A program made the position numbers and the translations under genes. From the NCBI RefSeq assembly GCF_006345805.1, contig NC_043000.1, positions 113,770,001-113,834,000 of the forward strand: a stretch of 64,000 nucleotides of DNA. The letters are read 5' to 3'. Position 1 is the stretch's first letter. Each line of letters opens with the position of its first letter. Origin of the DNA: Octopus sinensis (lineage: Eukaryota). The notes below the pieces were generated by a model, which made no database searches, had not been told where the DNA came from, and saw nothing but the letters and a program-made list of their open reading frames with translations. Shown here one piece after another: positions 32,569-45,503 of this stretch.

Positions 32569-35473
32569 GTGTGTGTACACACACACCTATTAACTATAAG
32601 AGAGACAGGTTTGACTTCTCTCGTGCATACACACAATTATCAGACATTTCCTAAAATAAAATTTTCTGTGATACACATTCGTGAAAGCTGGAGGTTTAGA
32701 TTGAAAGAAGACGTGGGCGGTTCCGTCAAGTTAATGATTTGGATCAAAGTATTTTGTAAAATGAAGTTCAAATTTTAAACTAAATTTGTAGTGTCAACTC
32801 TTTCCCCCCACCCCTATTTCACACGAACCTCTCAGAATATGAGAAAGCAGGACGTCGGTTTCTTTAAGCGAAGAGCTTGATTGAAAAGAAAAGCCACGTT
32901 CACTGCTCTCTCGACCTCTTTCATCGTACCTTTTCACTCAAACTAACACACAGAGTATTGTCTGACCGTCTCTTTTAAATGGACGGCAGTGGGGTGACCT
33001 TTGTAATTGATTTAGATAGCAGTAGGGTATTTTCGATAAAGGTTTTGAGATTACCTCACAAGTGATCTCGAGGTATTATAATTGTGTTTATAACAGTTTG
33101 CGTTTTTCTGAAACTCAGACAATTTAATTCCCACCAATAAGGAAGAACCAGTAAAACCGATCGTGATCGTTGGTTCTCCTCCCCTGAATAATTCACTGAC
33201 ACTTATTTTATCCCATCTAAATCCCGAAGCCCCATAGGTTTCTTCTTGTCGAGTCTGGAGGAAGATGCAGCGTCAGTGGTATTCAGTGACAAGAAACGCT
33301 GAGTGATGCTGTTAAAAATTTGTTTAATCCAATTTCAATTGATGGCACTATGGGATTCAGAACGCCATAGTGTTTGCAAGTAGCTAAAGTGGGTTGACCA
33401 ATCACCGGTGATTCGCTCAGTCGCCGCACCAATTCTCAATCCCGTAGCGAAGTGAATCCCCGAACCTCAACTAAAAATGAAATCCGCTTCAGATAACTAA
33501 CATTAATAATTTCCCAGTACTCTTAAATACAAGTTAAAAAGGAGCCTCAAAGTGGTCACTGCTTCAAGAAACAACAGTCAAATCTGTCTCAAAAAGAAAC
33601 GCATTCGATAATGTTGCCCGCGGCACATTACTGCAGAAGATAAAATAATCACGCTTTGTTACATCTTTCTGTTCTATTAGGACTGACCTGGGTCAAAACC
33701 ATCTCTCAGAGACGCCATCCGCATAGAAAATAGTCAAATATCAAGATTTCATGTAGAGAATATTGGAAAAGGCTAAACAGAAGTTGTTACAATTAATAAC
33801 AAAACATATTAGCTAATGGCATTTCATTTCAGCATTATTATTTCTCCATTATTATTATTATTATTAGTAACCTGCTAACTGTATTGAACGACCCAGGGCA
33901 GACTAGTGGCTGAAGAAGCTCTTCCGCCCACACCGCGTCGCGTAGTTTCGCCGAATGCAGATCATACGTCGAATGAAGATCAATGCGCCTAACTTCACAT
34001 CTGCCATGCTGCTTCCCGTTGCTTCGCCTGTGACCCTGGCTCGGAGATTTGTCGTCATTCAGGTTAACCTCTCTATACACATTATTGGATGGCCGTTAAC
34101 TCAGAGTTCCTCCACCCTTTGATTTATTTCGTTTTTCATATCTCGGTATCCAAATCACCATCCTCACCAAGCAAGCTTGATGAGATTGCCGGTTGTACTT
34201 AAACGGTTCGAAATCGACATCAGAAGGGACGGAGTTCCAGAGAACTGACATACAGGACAAGAATGACTGAACGTAAAGGTTAATGAAGGGCAGGACTAGT
34301 TAGACACAGCAGGGATGACACTTCTCTGATCCTTACTTATATTTGCATCAGTATTCACGCCCGGGGTGACTTGAGTCGGTTCTGATCAACGAATTCACTA
34401 CAGAAATAGCAAAGTTTTCTTCAAATAACATACTACACACCTAACGTAGGACTTTTTCCTGAAAAAACTGCATGGTCATGAGGGGGAACACATTTCATCG
34501 TAGATCAGTTACTAAGATCCAGCATGAAGCTCTATTACTGTTTTAAATGACAAACGCGTGTCCACAAACTATAAACCAAATGATGGAGATCTTTTATTTT
34601 GTGGGCATTTAAATGCATATGGACCTATCTTGTTTCAGTCATTTGACTGCGGCCATGCTGGAGCACCACCTTTAGTCGGACAAATCGACCACAGGACTTA
34701 TTATTTGTAAGCCTAGTACTTATTCTATCGGACTTTTGCCGAACTGCTAAGTTACGGAGACATAAATACACCAACATCGGTTGTCAAGCGATGATGGGGT
34801 ACAAACAAAAACACACACACACACAACACACACACACACACACACAACACACACACACACCACACACACACACACATACATATACATATATATATATATA
34901 TATACGACGAGCTTCTTTCAGTTTCTGTCTACCAAATCAACTCACAAGGCTTTGATCGGCCCGAGGCTATAGTAGTCACTTGCCCAAGGTGCCACGCAGT
35001 GGACTGAACCCGGATCCATGTCGTTGGGAAGCAAGAATCTTACCACATCCACCCCTGCGCCTATGGTTATATGGTTGCATAATCACGTGATCGACCAGAC
35101 TATTGTATGTGATTATACCTCACTGGTCACAATGCGCCTCGCCACCCTGCTGGCCAGGTAAGGACAATATTGCCCCCTGATGGGGGGGGGGGTATTCCCA
35201 TCGCAAGATTATCCATTTACTGCCGAGTGGTCTGGAATAACGTGAAATGAAGTTGCTCAATAACATAACATACTACTCGGCTTAGATGTCGAACCCACGA
35301 TCTAGCAATTGTGAGGGTAACACCCTAACCACTAGGCCACGTGCCTTCGCGTGATGGCACAAAAGCACGAAATAATTACCGAGATGAGTGAATTAGCCAT
35401 TCAGATTCGGTGGTCCGAAAGTCCTGTCACCACTTGTGAATATCGTTTCAATTTTTTTTTTTTTTTTTTTTCA

Positions 35474-35835
35474 ATGGATGTTGGTTTCAACAACACGGTA
35501 CCCCACCCCCACTATGCCATCAATGTCAGGGAATACCCGAATGATGTTTTTCGGGCAAGATGAACGGGGCGAAAATCACAACTTCCAGCAGCTCTCGATC
35601 GGCCTCCCAGAAGTCCAGACCTCACGTCTTGCGACAACGCTCCGTGCGGTGGGGTATCAAGGAGAGAGTTTCGCAGGAATGGTGCCAGAATACCCAACAG
35701 ATGAAGGACACCGTTTTGGCAACCTTTGCAACAATCACCAAAGAACAGCTTCGTAAAATATCACACAGGACATGGCACCGCATCATTTTGTGCCACGAAG
35801 CTGTTGGTGTTCATATAGACCTTCTCGATGTGTGA
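35474..35835 (+). pseudogene. Tc1/mariner-superfamily transposase C-terminal remnant (frameshifted)
   Basis: Pieces read WFQQHGTPPHYAINVREY, PPRSPDLT, KERVSQ...RIILCHEAVGVHID. Confidence 0.75.
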
Positions 35836-37091
35836 CAGGGTCAGTGAAAGTACTAAAACCAGTACATGTGTTTGATATTATTATACTGTTCCTCTGTGTT
35901 CCCTTGTTGTTCTTAGTACTTTTTGGTAGTGGGTAACAAGACTTTCGGACCACCCCGTGGTGCCACTGATTGAGGCAACGAAAGTTCGTTTTCTTCGTCG
36001 ATACCCTTTTACTTGTTTCAGGCATTTGACTGCGGCCATGCTGGAACACCGCCTTTAGTCGAGCAAATCGACCCCAGGACTTATTCTTTGTGAGCCTAGT
36101 ACTTATTCTATCGGTTTCTTTTGCCGAACCGCTAAGTTACGGGGACGTAAACACACCAGCATCGGTTGTCAAGCGATGTTGGTGGGAGGACAAACACAGA
36201 CACACAAACATATACACACACACAGTTCAAATTATTTAAGCTATTTGTCGGTCGCAGATCCTGACAAAAATGATGTCTGTTTCGGCAACAGAACGGAATT
36301 TGAACTCAGAGTGTACAAAACCAGAACTACTGCAAGCCATCCTACCAACGCTTTAACAATTCCGCCAATCCCTTTCTTTGACTGGTCTTTTGTTTAAACG
36401 GCCACCAAAAAAGGCTGAAAAAAACAAAAGTGACCTTGACAAACTTGAACTCTGAGCGTAAAGAATCGGAACTAAAACCGCAATGAAGTTTGGACTCTGC
36501 AATTCAGTCGTCCAGTTTTGTTGCTTAAAAATATTACAAGAGTAACTTAAAATCAAATTAAGAATAAAATGAAATTGTAATTATGTTCCATGACATTTGA
36601 CGAAATATAAGAAATTTTGAAAAATTAAGATGCCGAGAGGAAAATATTTGGGGGATAGTCTCGTTTGTCTTCGATTCTGTAGTACAATCTACGATTTAGT
36701 CAGTTCTGTGGCGATTTTAGGGAGTCCACCTTTGCGTGAAGATATAATCCGTTTCATTTCCCACATATATCTACTTCAAATGTTGATGTGGTTTAATACC
36801 TCGCCTCTTGTCCCGCCAACCTCGTCCCTGGGCAAAAGCAGTCATGATCATTCCATTTATTTGCTTCAAACGAATCTACAGAAAGAGTACTTTTAAAGTA
36901 GAGTGTGGTGAAGAATATGGCAATGCTTTTAGCAGATGGAATTACTTCGTAGTTGTTCCCTTCATTTCAGAGTTTGTTCAGACTGGAGGAAGAGAGTGGA
37001 CGTATTCTTAATCTTAACAAGACTCCAAGACTAGCAAAATCGTTAATATTCCCCTTGAATCCTTGTGAGCAGACGTTTACAGGAAAATCTG

Positions 37092-37206
37092 ATGTTTTGA
37101 GATGAAAGGACTTGGCATCGTGGTTAAGGAACCTGGGTGGGATAATAGCGGATGGAAAATACCCGAGGGAGGCGGCACGATGCCAAGTCCTTTCACCTCA
37201 AAACAT
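37092..37206. repeat. Short inverted repeat, 31-bp arms, 53-bp loop
   Basis: atgttttgagatgaaaggacttggcatcgtg / cacgatgccaagtcctttcacctcaaaacat. Confidence 0.85.
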
Positions 37207-37662
37207 TAGTTCTCTGGAGTTCTACTTGTTCACACAAGCAACAGTGATGACAAGCAATAGAGATGACATATCTATGAAGCAAAGTGTAGTAACGGTAGAA
37301 AAGGTACAAAGAGGAGGCACAGCAAATCTGTAGGCCAGGGGATAGTGTGTGATGGGTGACTTCATACTAAGCAATGGCTTGCTTTCGGGTGCAGCACCAT
37401 CCTAAATGCAGGAGGTGTACTTTGTGGGTGCTGGTGTTGGCTTCCTGAGATACTGACTCATAAGGATTCACACACGAAACGCGAACTTCATGTTTATTTT
37501 TGACATCTTCCCTATTTACAAGGACTGATCTCTTTACTGATTTCATATTCCGAAAACGAAATATCTTCATTGTTACTGTTATGCCCGAATCGGTCCCGAT
37601 TTAAACAGACTTCAGAATAAAAAGAGCTCCTGCTTTCATTATGCCCACGATTTGTTCATAGT

Positions 37663-37887
37663 ATACATTATATACATTTGACGAATATTTGACATCATCT
37701 TGTTTGTTCTTAAAGTTTTGGCTGATATACCCTCCAGCCTTCATCTGGTGTTTTGGGGAAATTTTGAACCTGGGTTCTCATTCCTAAGGTATTTTTCGAT
37801 GTTATTATCATTCAGGTCACTGCTTGGAATCTAACTCGGAATCTTGGGGTTAGTAGCCCGCGCTCTTAACCACTACGCCACATGCCC
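37663..37887 (-). mobile_element. tRNA-headed SINE-like element with a hammerhead-bearing 3' part
   Basis: Minus strand: A box TGGCGTAGTGG, B box GTTAGATTCC, then a body shared with 29296-29459, including a degenerate hammerhead (cagatgaaggctggagggtatatcagccaaaac). Confidence 0.7.
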
Positions 37888-40029
37888 ACAGGAATATGGC
37901 ATAAAACGAGAATTTATCAGCTTTCGCTTTTGATTCACCAATTATTGACCAATAAACTGATGGGGGGGGGGGGTCAGTGGAAATTCTGTCGGTGCCAATG
38001 ATGGTTTTCATTCTTCTAGGATCGATAAATGGATCCAATGAATCTACTGTGCTCACGTACGGAACCTCTGGTTAAAATGCATTAAAATCTAAATTCAAAT
38101 CTATTTTAGATTCGGTCGAGCAACAGATTAAATGCCTCAACGAGACTGGCCGACATAGTACCAGTTAAATACTGGGGTGAATACAATCGACTACTCTGCT
38201 GCAAATGATTTTATTAAATACAATTACGAAATAACGATGAAGTCTACGAGGTTGCTCCGCCAGCTAATAGCAGCCAAATCTCCCTCAACTTATACCCTTC
38301 AATCTCAACAGGCGAAAATTGTAGATATGTAGTCACAGATACTGACAGGGACGAGGTAGTCATGTCTAGAGGCTAACCACCACATATACCTATATCTTTA
38401 CTACCCACAAGGGGCTAAACATAGAGGGGACAAACAAGGACAGACAAACGGATTAAGTCTATTATATCGACCCCAGTGCGTAAGTGGTACTTATTTAATC
38501 GACTCCGAAAGGATGAAAGGCAAAGTCGACTTCGGCGGAATTTGAAACCACCGCACATACCACTGGCGGTTCATCGCAAACTTCGCACAACCGCCATATA
38601 TTTCACCGGTGGTACATTTTCATAGTTTGAGAAAATATTTTTCATTTTGTAACTTTAACCCATTAATGCCCAGTGTATGATTTATCATACGCTTTTTTGT
38701 TTCAGACAAAATTATTCATATAAAATAATTTCACGAATTTAGGCATCAAAAAACTTTCTGAAGATAAATAATAATTCATATTTGGCAATATTCACAAAAT
38801 TTTGTGGTAAACTTCTAAAATGCATAAAGTATACAACGTAAGTAAAAATAACAAAAGACTTCAAAAATATATTTCGGGCACTAAAGGGATAACATGGTTT
38901 CGAGCACATTTAAATATCCTACGTTCTAAATATTGAAGTTTAATTATGAACTATTGTAAAAAAAAAAATATAAAAATTACAATTCCCTGTAATTAAACGT
39001 AGACAGTGATAGCGCACGAAATGCGTGGTACCACCATTAAGTTCCAGTAACAGGCCGTGGCGGTTAACGTGTTAATCATAAGGTCTGCTTAATCAGAACG
39101 ACCTAGGGCTATACAAATTATGAACACTAAATTATTATAGATATAAAATCTAAAATGTTATTTACAAAACAGTAAAACTGTAATTATTTGAAGTGTTAAC
39201 CAAAGTCTAAATTTTTGTTTAAAATGCATTAAGAACTTTGATCGTGATATCACTGTTTGACATTCTCTCCTCTTCCAAATGGACAATTGTCAACTTCAAC
39301 ACCGATAACAGTTTATCAAGAAAACTAGTTCGAGCTGATAAGACAGCTCCATACTTACTGTGTGTCTTCAGAAAATAGGCAGCAACAATAACCAGCCGTG
39401 TTCAATGTTAGACTTCATAATCAGTCAGCTATAGTACCTGGGAAAGTTTCAGTTTATTTTATGGTTTAACCAAGGTTTGCCTTCATCCAGCAGATCTCAA
39501 AGCAAAAGACATTCAGCAAGTTTTGCAGAGTTGGGGGATGGCTTCTTTGAGTCTCTAGACCCACATAATCCCGTGCTTGGCTGCATTTTTTTTATAGATT
39601 AAGTGCAGGTGTGTTTGTGTGTTAAGTAGCCTGATTCCCAACCCGATGGTTCCGGGTTCAGTCCCACTGTGTGGCACGTTGGGCAGGTGTCTTCTGCGAT
39701 AGCCTCGGGCCAACCAAAGCCTTGTGCATGGATTTGGTAGATGGAAACTGAAAGAAGCCTGTCGTGTATGCGTGACTGAGTGTCTTCTTGTCTGTCCCCT
39801 GACACCGCTTGAAAATCGGTGTTGATAGGTTTACGTACCCTTAACCTAGCGTTTCGACAAATGAAACTGAGAAAATAATTACCATACTTTAGGACAATAA
39901 GTACCAGGATCGATTAATTCGACTAAAAACTCGCTAAGGCGGTACTCCAACATGGTCGTAGTATAATGACAAACAAGTACAAGATGCTAAAAGCCTAAAT
40001 AAGAAAGTCCATTTAGTAAGGTGGTAATG

Positions 40030-40262
40030 GCATATTTCGGTCATATTATGCGGAGAAAATCCCTGGAAAAGGACATCATGCTCAGAATGGTCAGTGGCAA
40101 GAGAGGAAGAGGCTGACCAAGAACCCGCTGGCTTGACACCATCAAGAGTGATACCGGAATGGACATAGCCAATCTGAAAGAAGCGGCCCAGGATAGAACT
40201 GACTGGAGGACACTGATCCATCGAGTAAGCGAGAATCGACTTCGACTGAGCGGATAGATAGA
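40030..40262 (+). mobile_element. RTE/BovB-like LINE ORF C-terminal fragment
   Basis: Translates MAYFGHIMRRKSLEKDIMLRMVSGKRGRG*PRTRWLDTIKSDTG...AAQDRTDWRTLIHRV. Confidence 0.8.
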
Positions 40263-40389
40263 ACCCTACAAGAATGCATTAAGAAAGGAATTCTGGAGAA
40301 CTTTGAAAATACAGAGAAAACTTGGCATGGACCGGTTTTGATCGAATTTAAAGAAGCGAGGTTTTCAGAATCTATTATTATTATTATAA

Positions 40390-40595
40390 GTAAAATATAA
40401 CGTGTCTTGAATGGCACAACAATACAGAGTGGACTATAATAACTTATAAAATATATTTAGCAGTGACTCGATCAACTCTTAGCGATATCTGAAGAAGAAA
40501 TTTTTATATCCCGAAATATTATTATATCAGTTAAATTATAAGTTATTATAGTCCACTCTGTATTGTTGTGCCATTCAAGACACGTTATATTTTAC
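40390..40595. repeat. Perfect 60-bp inverted repeat with 86-bp spacer
   Basis: 40390-40449 is the exact reverse complement of 40536-40595. Confidence 0.92.
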
Positions 40596-40734
40596 GAACA
40601 ACACACAATGCTTCAAGCAAACTACAATACTCTATTATTATTATTATTATTATTATATTATTATTATTATAAGAGTTACTTACGTACAGGGTACTCGAAT
40701 ACAATTGGCAAGTTGAAAGGATATTGCAATAAGT

Positions 40735-41388
40735 TATAGGCAAAGGACCTGAAATTTTAGAGGATGGTAATAGTCGATTTCATCGACCCCAGTACGTAAC
40801 TGGTACTTATTTCATGGACCTCGAAAGGATAATAGGCAAATTCGACCTCGGCGTAATTTGAACTCAAAAATGTTAAGACGGACGAAATACCGCAAAGCAG
40901 TTTGACCGATGTGCTAACCGTGCTGCCAGCTCATTGGCTTAATACCCTTTGTGCGATAGACACAAGGCATGGAATTTTCGAGGAGGGGATTTGTCGATTG
41001 CATCGACCCCAGTACTCAACTGGTTCTTATTTTATTGACCCCGAAAGGACGAAAGGCAAAGTCAACCTCAGTAGAATTTGAACTCAGAATGTTAAGACTG
41101 ACGAAATGTCGCTAAGTATTTTGCCCAGCGCGGTAACGACTCGGCCATCTTAATAATAATTATTATAGTAATCTATTAAAAGCTCAAGGCCTGGAATTTG
41201 GGAGGAGGGGACTGGTCGATATCGACCCCAGTGTTTCACTGGTACTTAATTTATTGACCCCGAAAGGATGAAAAGGAAAGTCGACCTCGGCGGAATTTGA
41301 ACTCAGAACGTACCGACGGGTGAAATACCGCTAAGCATTTCGTCCAGCGCTCTAACGAGTCTGTCAGCTCACCGCCTTATTATTATTA
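40735..41388 (-). mobile_element. Three tandem SINE family A copies (tail B type)
   Basis: Repeated cgaccccagt...gaaaggatgaaaggcaaagtcgacctc...gccagctc. Confidence 0.8.
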
Positions 41389-42264
41389 TTATGGCTTCAC
41401 ATTTTGGCAAAAGGCCAGAAATAATAATTATTATTATACAACAATATTCTTGGGTACTGGTAATTCTCTCATTGAGTTCATTAAAGAAAGTGTATCCATT
41501 CTTTCCTTTTGTTTTAACCCCCATTCTCTTTAACATTAGAATTAATACTTGCGACAAACTTGGTTTTCTAATCACTGGATAGAATAAATATTTTTGAGAC
41601 AGTCCAGAGATAATGAGAATCAAAAATTAATTTAATTCGTTAGAAATATTCGTGTTTAAAGGTAACACACAAAGACAAAATCGTTCATGGCTAACAAGCT
41701 ATCCTATTGCAAACCGTATTTTAACACCTATCTCTCTTTGCTTCCGTATCTTCCGACAATTCGAGAGGTATTTATTTTTTAAATTTACCTTTGTAGGTTC
41801 TTCTTCCCTTTCAAATTCTCAAATGTGTGAAGACGTTGAGTGGAATGTTCTTGGCTTTCGCGGTTCTTTCACTACACTTTGTCTTCCTCAGACTCGACCC
41901 GATCTTTCGTTAAAGTAATCCATTCAGATATAAATTATGATTTTCCCCCCTAATAATATTATATGTTTTCAATGATTCTTTACCGAATAGCAATTTCCTT
42001 TTAATAAGTTTCTGGTGTAGGACGAGTCCAAAAAATTAACCCAGACTGTCCTATGATATTCCGTTGTAACAAAACGTCAGAAAAATCACTTTGCGTCATT
42101 TGTTCCGGATCTGTATGTTTCAAGTTCAAATCCTGCCCAGATAAGCTATGCTTTTCAGTCGATAAGATAAGTAACAGTTAAAAACTGGGGTCAAAATAAC
42201 CAACTTACCATTCCTCTCAAATAGTTGTCTTTGTGCAAAACTTTGAAATAATTATAGATATTAT

Positions 42265-43354
42265 TCTTTTCTACTCTAGCCACAAGGCCCTAAATTTTGG
42301 GGGAGGGGGCCAGTTGATTATATCGACCCAGTATGCAACTTGTACTTAATTTATCAACCCCGAAAGGATGAAAGGTAAAGTCGACCTACTGGAATTTGAA
42401 CTCAGAACGTAAAGACAGACGAAATACCGCTAATCATTTCGCCCGGCATGCTAACGTTTCTGCCAGCTCGCCGCCTTTAAAATATTCTTTTCTACTCTAG
42501 GCACAAGGCCCGAAATTTTGGGGTAGGGAGCCAGTTAATTAGATCGACCCTGGTACTTCATTTATCGTCCCCGAAAGGATGAAAGGCAAAATCGACCTCG
42601 GCGGAATTTGAACTCAGAACGTAGCGACGGGTGAAATACCGCTGAGCATTTCACCTGATGTGCTAACCATTCTGCAAGTTCGTCGCCCTGATTATAAATA
42701 TTATTGTTGATAAAAAGACAGAGAATAGGCAGAAACGTTAGCATACCGGACAAAATGCTTAGCGGCGTTTCGTCCGTCCTTATGTTCTGAGTTCAAATTC
42801 CACCGAGGTCGACTTTACCTCTCATCCTTCGGGATCAATAAAATAAGCAACAGTTCAATGCTGGGATCGATGTAATCGATTTTTCACCCTCGCCCGAGAT
42901 TGCTGGAATTATTGATGATTCTTCAGATTATTCCCATTAATTTATTTGTGAAAGGCGGCGAGCTGGCAGAAACGTTAGCACGCCGGGCGAAAGGCCTAGC
43001 GGTATTTCGTCTGCTGTTACGTTCTGACTTCAAATTCCGCTAAGGTCGACTTCACTTTTCATCCTTTCGGGGTCGATTAAATAAGTACCAGTTACGCACT
43101 GGGGTCGATGTAATCGACTTAATTCCTTTGTCTGTCCTTGTTTGTCCTCTCTGTGTTTAGCCCCTGTGGGTAGTAAGGAAATAGGTATTTCGTCTGTCTC
43201 TACGTTCTGAGTTCAAATTCCGCCGAGGTCGACTTTGCCTTTCATCTTTTCGGGGTCGATAAATTAAGTACCAGTTGCGTACTGGCGTCGATGTAATCGA
43301 CTGGCCTCCTCCCCTAAAATTTCGGGCCTTGTGCCAAAAGTAGAAAAGAATATT
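42265..43354. mobile_element. Head-to-head cluster of SINE family A copies (two minus, then plus monomer and dimer)
   Basis: Core motif on both strands. Confidence 0.8.
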
Positions 43355-43437
43355 AAATTATTTGTGAAAAATCTGATCGTGCAGATGTAGGTTCGAATCG
43401 TAATGAAGTTGTGCATTAGTTTATAGCGTGTATAATA

Positions 43438-43497
<60 letters not shown>

Positions 43498-44855
43498 TTC
43501 TTAAACCCATTCATCAAACTATATCACTTTCAGGTGAGCACCATTGCATGAGAGATTAGCTTAGCTCCCGGTTAGTTGTTTCTGAAACCTTTTCCAAATT
43601 CAGAAATTAATTCACTTCCCACGTACTCTCACGTGAGAAGACAAACAAGCACAGACACACGGATTAAGTCGATTATATCGACCCAAGTGGGTAACTGGTA
43701 CTTATTTAATCGACCCCGAAAGGATGAAAGGCAAAGTCGACCTCGGTGTAATTTGAACTCAGAACGTAAATACACACGAAAAACCGCTACGCATTTCGCC
43801 CGGCGTGCTAACGTATCTGCCAGCTCGCCGTCTTAACTCAGAAAGCATTGAGTACCTAAAATGTAATTTAAGCTCTCGAGAATGATCCTCAATGGTTTTC
43901 TCACGTCGTTAAAAGCGAGGAATGAATGATAGAGAAAAACCTGTTTCACGACCAGGACTCAATACAATCTCACATCATCGTGATGTTGTTGATCCGCTTA
44001 ATAGAATCGGATACCGTTGAGACACACTTAAGAAATGATCCTTAAAAGCATGGTCTATAGTCGCTATTAGATTGCTGGTCTTCAAATATAAACATTGCAC
44101 ATGCTCTGCTTTATATCCAGGGGTCAAAACACTTAACATTTAAGGATACGGTCCTTCTAAATATTAAAATATTGTGACGCCCTATGTGGTCATTCGATGT
44201 ACAAGATATAACAACACGTTCTGCCTTGATAAAAAGGAAGTTACACCGTAAAACAAGTAGCTCATGATATATAATGAAAAAGAAAAGAGATGGTATGGCC
44301 ACGGTTGAGAAGTCTCGAGTCAGGGGTCTGTTCAGTCAGGTCTAACCCGGGGTTAGACAAATTCTAATAGCGATTACGGTGGCAAAATATGGGACGTTAC
44401 TCCTGTGAGAAATAAATTGTTACTAAGTTGTCTCCCTTATACCACTACTGAGAGATATAATTGATTCGTTGTTATGCAAGATTAGAAATGACCTGTCTTG
44501 GTAGAAACAGCAATCGTATTTCCTTCAAACTCGTGGCTCTCCGTCGATTACGACGACGAGGGTTCCAGTTGATCCGATCAACGGAACATCCTGCTCGTGA
44601 AATTAACATGCAAGCGGCTGAGTACTCCACAGACACGTGTACCCTTAAAGTAGTTATCGGAGAGATTCAGCGTGACACAGAGTGTGATAATGCTGACCCC
44701 TTTTAAATACAGGTACAACAGAAACAGGAAGAAAGAGTGGGAGAAAGTTGTGGTGAAAGAGTACAGCAGGGTTCGTCTTGTGGAGCTTTAGGTGTGAAAG
44801 AAGCGCGATCCAGCTGTGACCATCCCATCTTTTATTCACGCGTAATAGGTCTAGT

Positions 44856-45296
44856 GTTGTTATTTAACTCCAGGCCAGTCCGTCGACTAACAGTGGTCCA
44901 ACTCACAACGTCTGTGTATCTTGGATTACAATCTCTTACGGGTCATTCTCTTTTTAAAGAGTTTGGTATATTTTGGAAGGCGTGGAGGTGCACTAGTCCA
45001 GTGGTTAGGGCAGCGGACTCGCGGCCATATGATAGTGGTTTCGATTCAGTAGGGTCCGCTCCTCCCCACTGCCGGAGCCTTGTGGAGTTTTTAGGTGTTT
45101 TGCTCAATAAACATTCACAACGCCCGGTCTAGGAATCGAAACCACGATCCTACGACCGCGAGTCCGTTGCCCTAACCACTGGGCCATTGCACCTCCACGC
45201 CTTCAAACTATACCATACTGTTTAAAAGGAGAATGACACGTAAGATGATAAAAGACCACTGTTAGTCGACGGACTGACCTGGAGTTAAATAACAAC
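44856..45296. repeat. Older inverted duplication including a SINE C head
   Basis: gttgttatttaactccagg...gtttcgattc / gaatcgaaac...cctggagttaaataacaac. Confidence 0.8.
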
Positions 45297-45457
45297 CCTA
45301 GACGTATTACGCTTGAATAAAAAATGGGATGGTCACGGCTGGATCGCGCCTCACCTGAGCTACAAACAACACAAAAGAAAAGATTTTCCTGTTATCTTTA
45401 ATTCTGTTATTCTACAGCAATAACGGGCATGTTAGCCTCTGCAGTTCCTGTCACTTT

Positions 45458-45503
<46 letters not shown>

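Larger units (their letters stand above)
29809..33834. repeat. About 421-bp direct duplication (29809-30229 and 33412-33834)
   Basis: Near-identical ttcgctcagtcgccgcacc...catttcatttcagca blocks. Confidence 0.9.

Noticed and set aside
33203-33308. Possible terminal exon on the minus strand (ITQRFLSLNTTDAASSSRLDKKKPMGLRDLDGIK*)
   Set aside because: No recognisable homology, no partner exons, and the plus strand is equally open.
39359-39437. Candidate 5' UTR exon (cccag...ACA|gtaagt) for the transporter
   Set aside because: Splice-like ends only; cannot be supported without transcripts.
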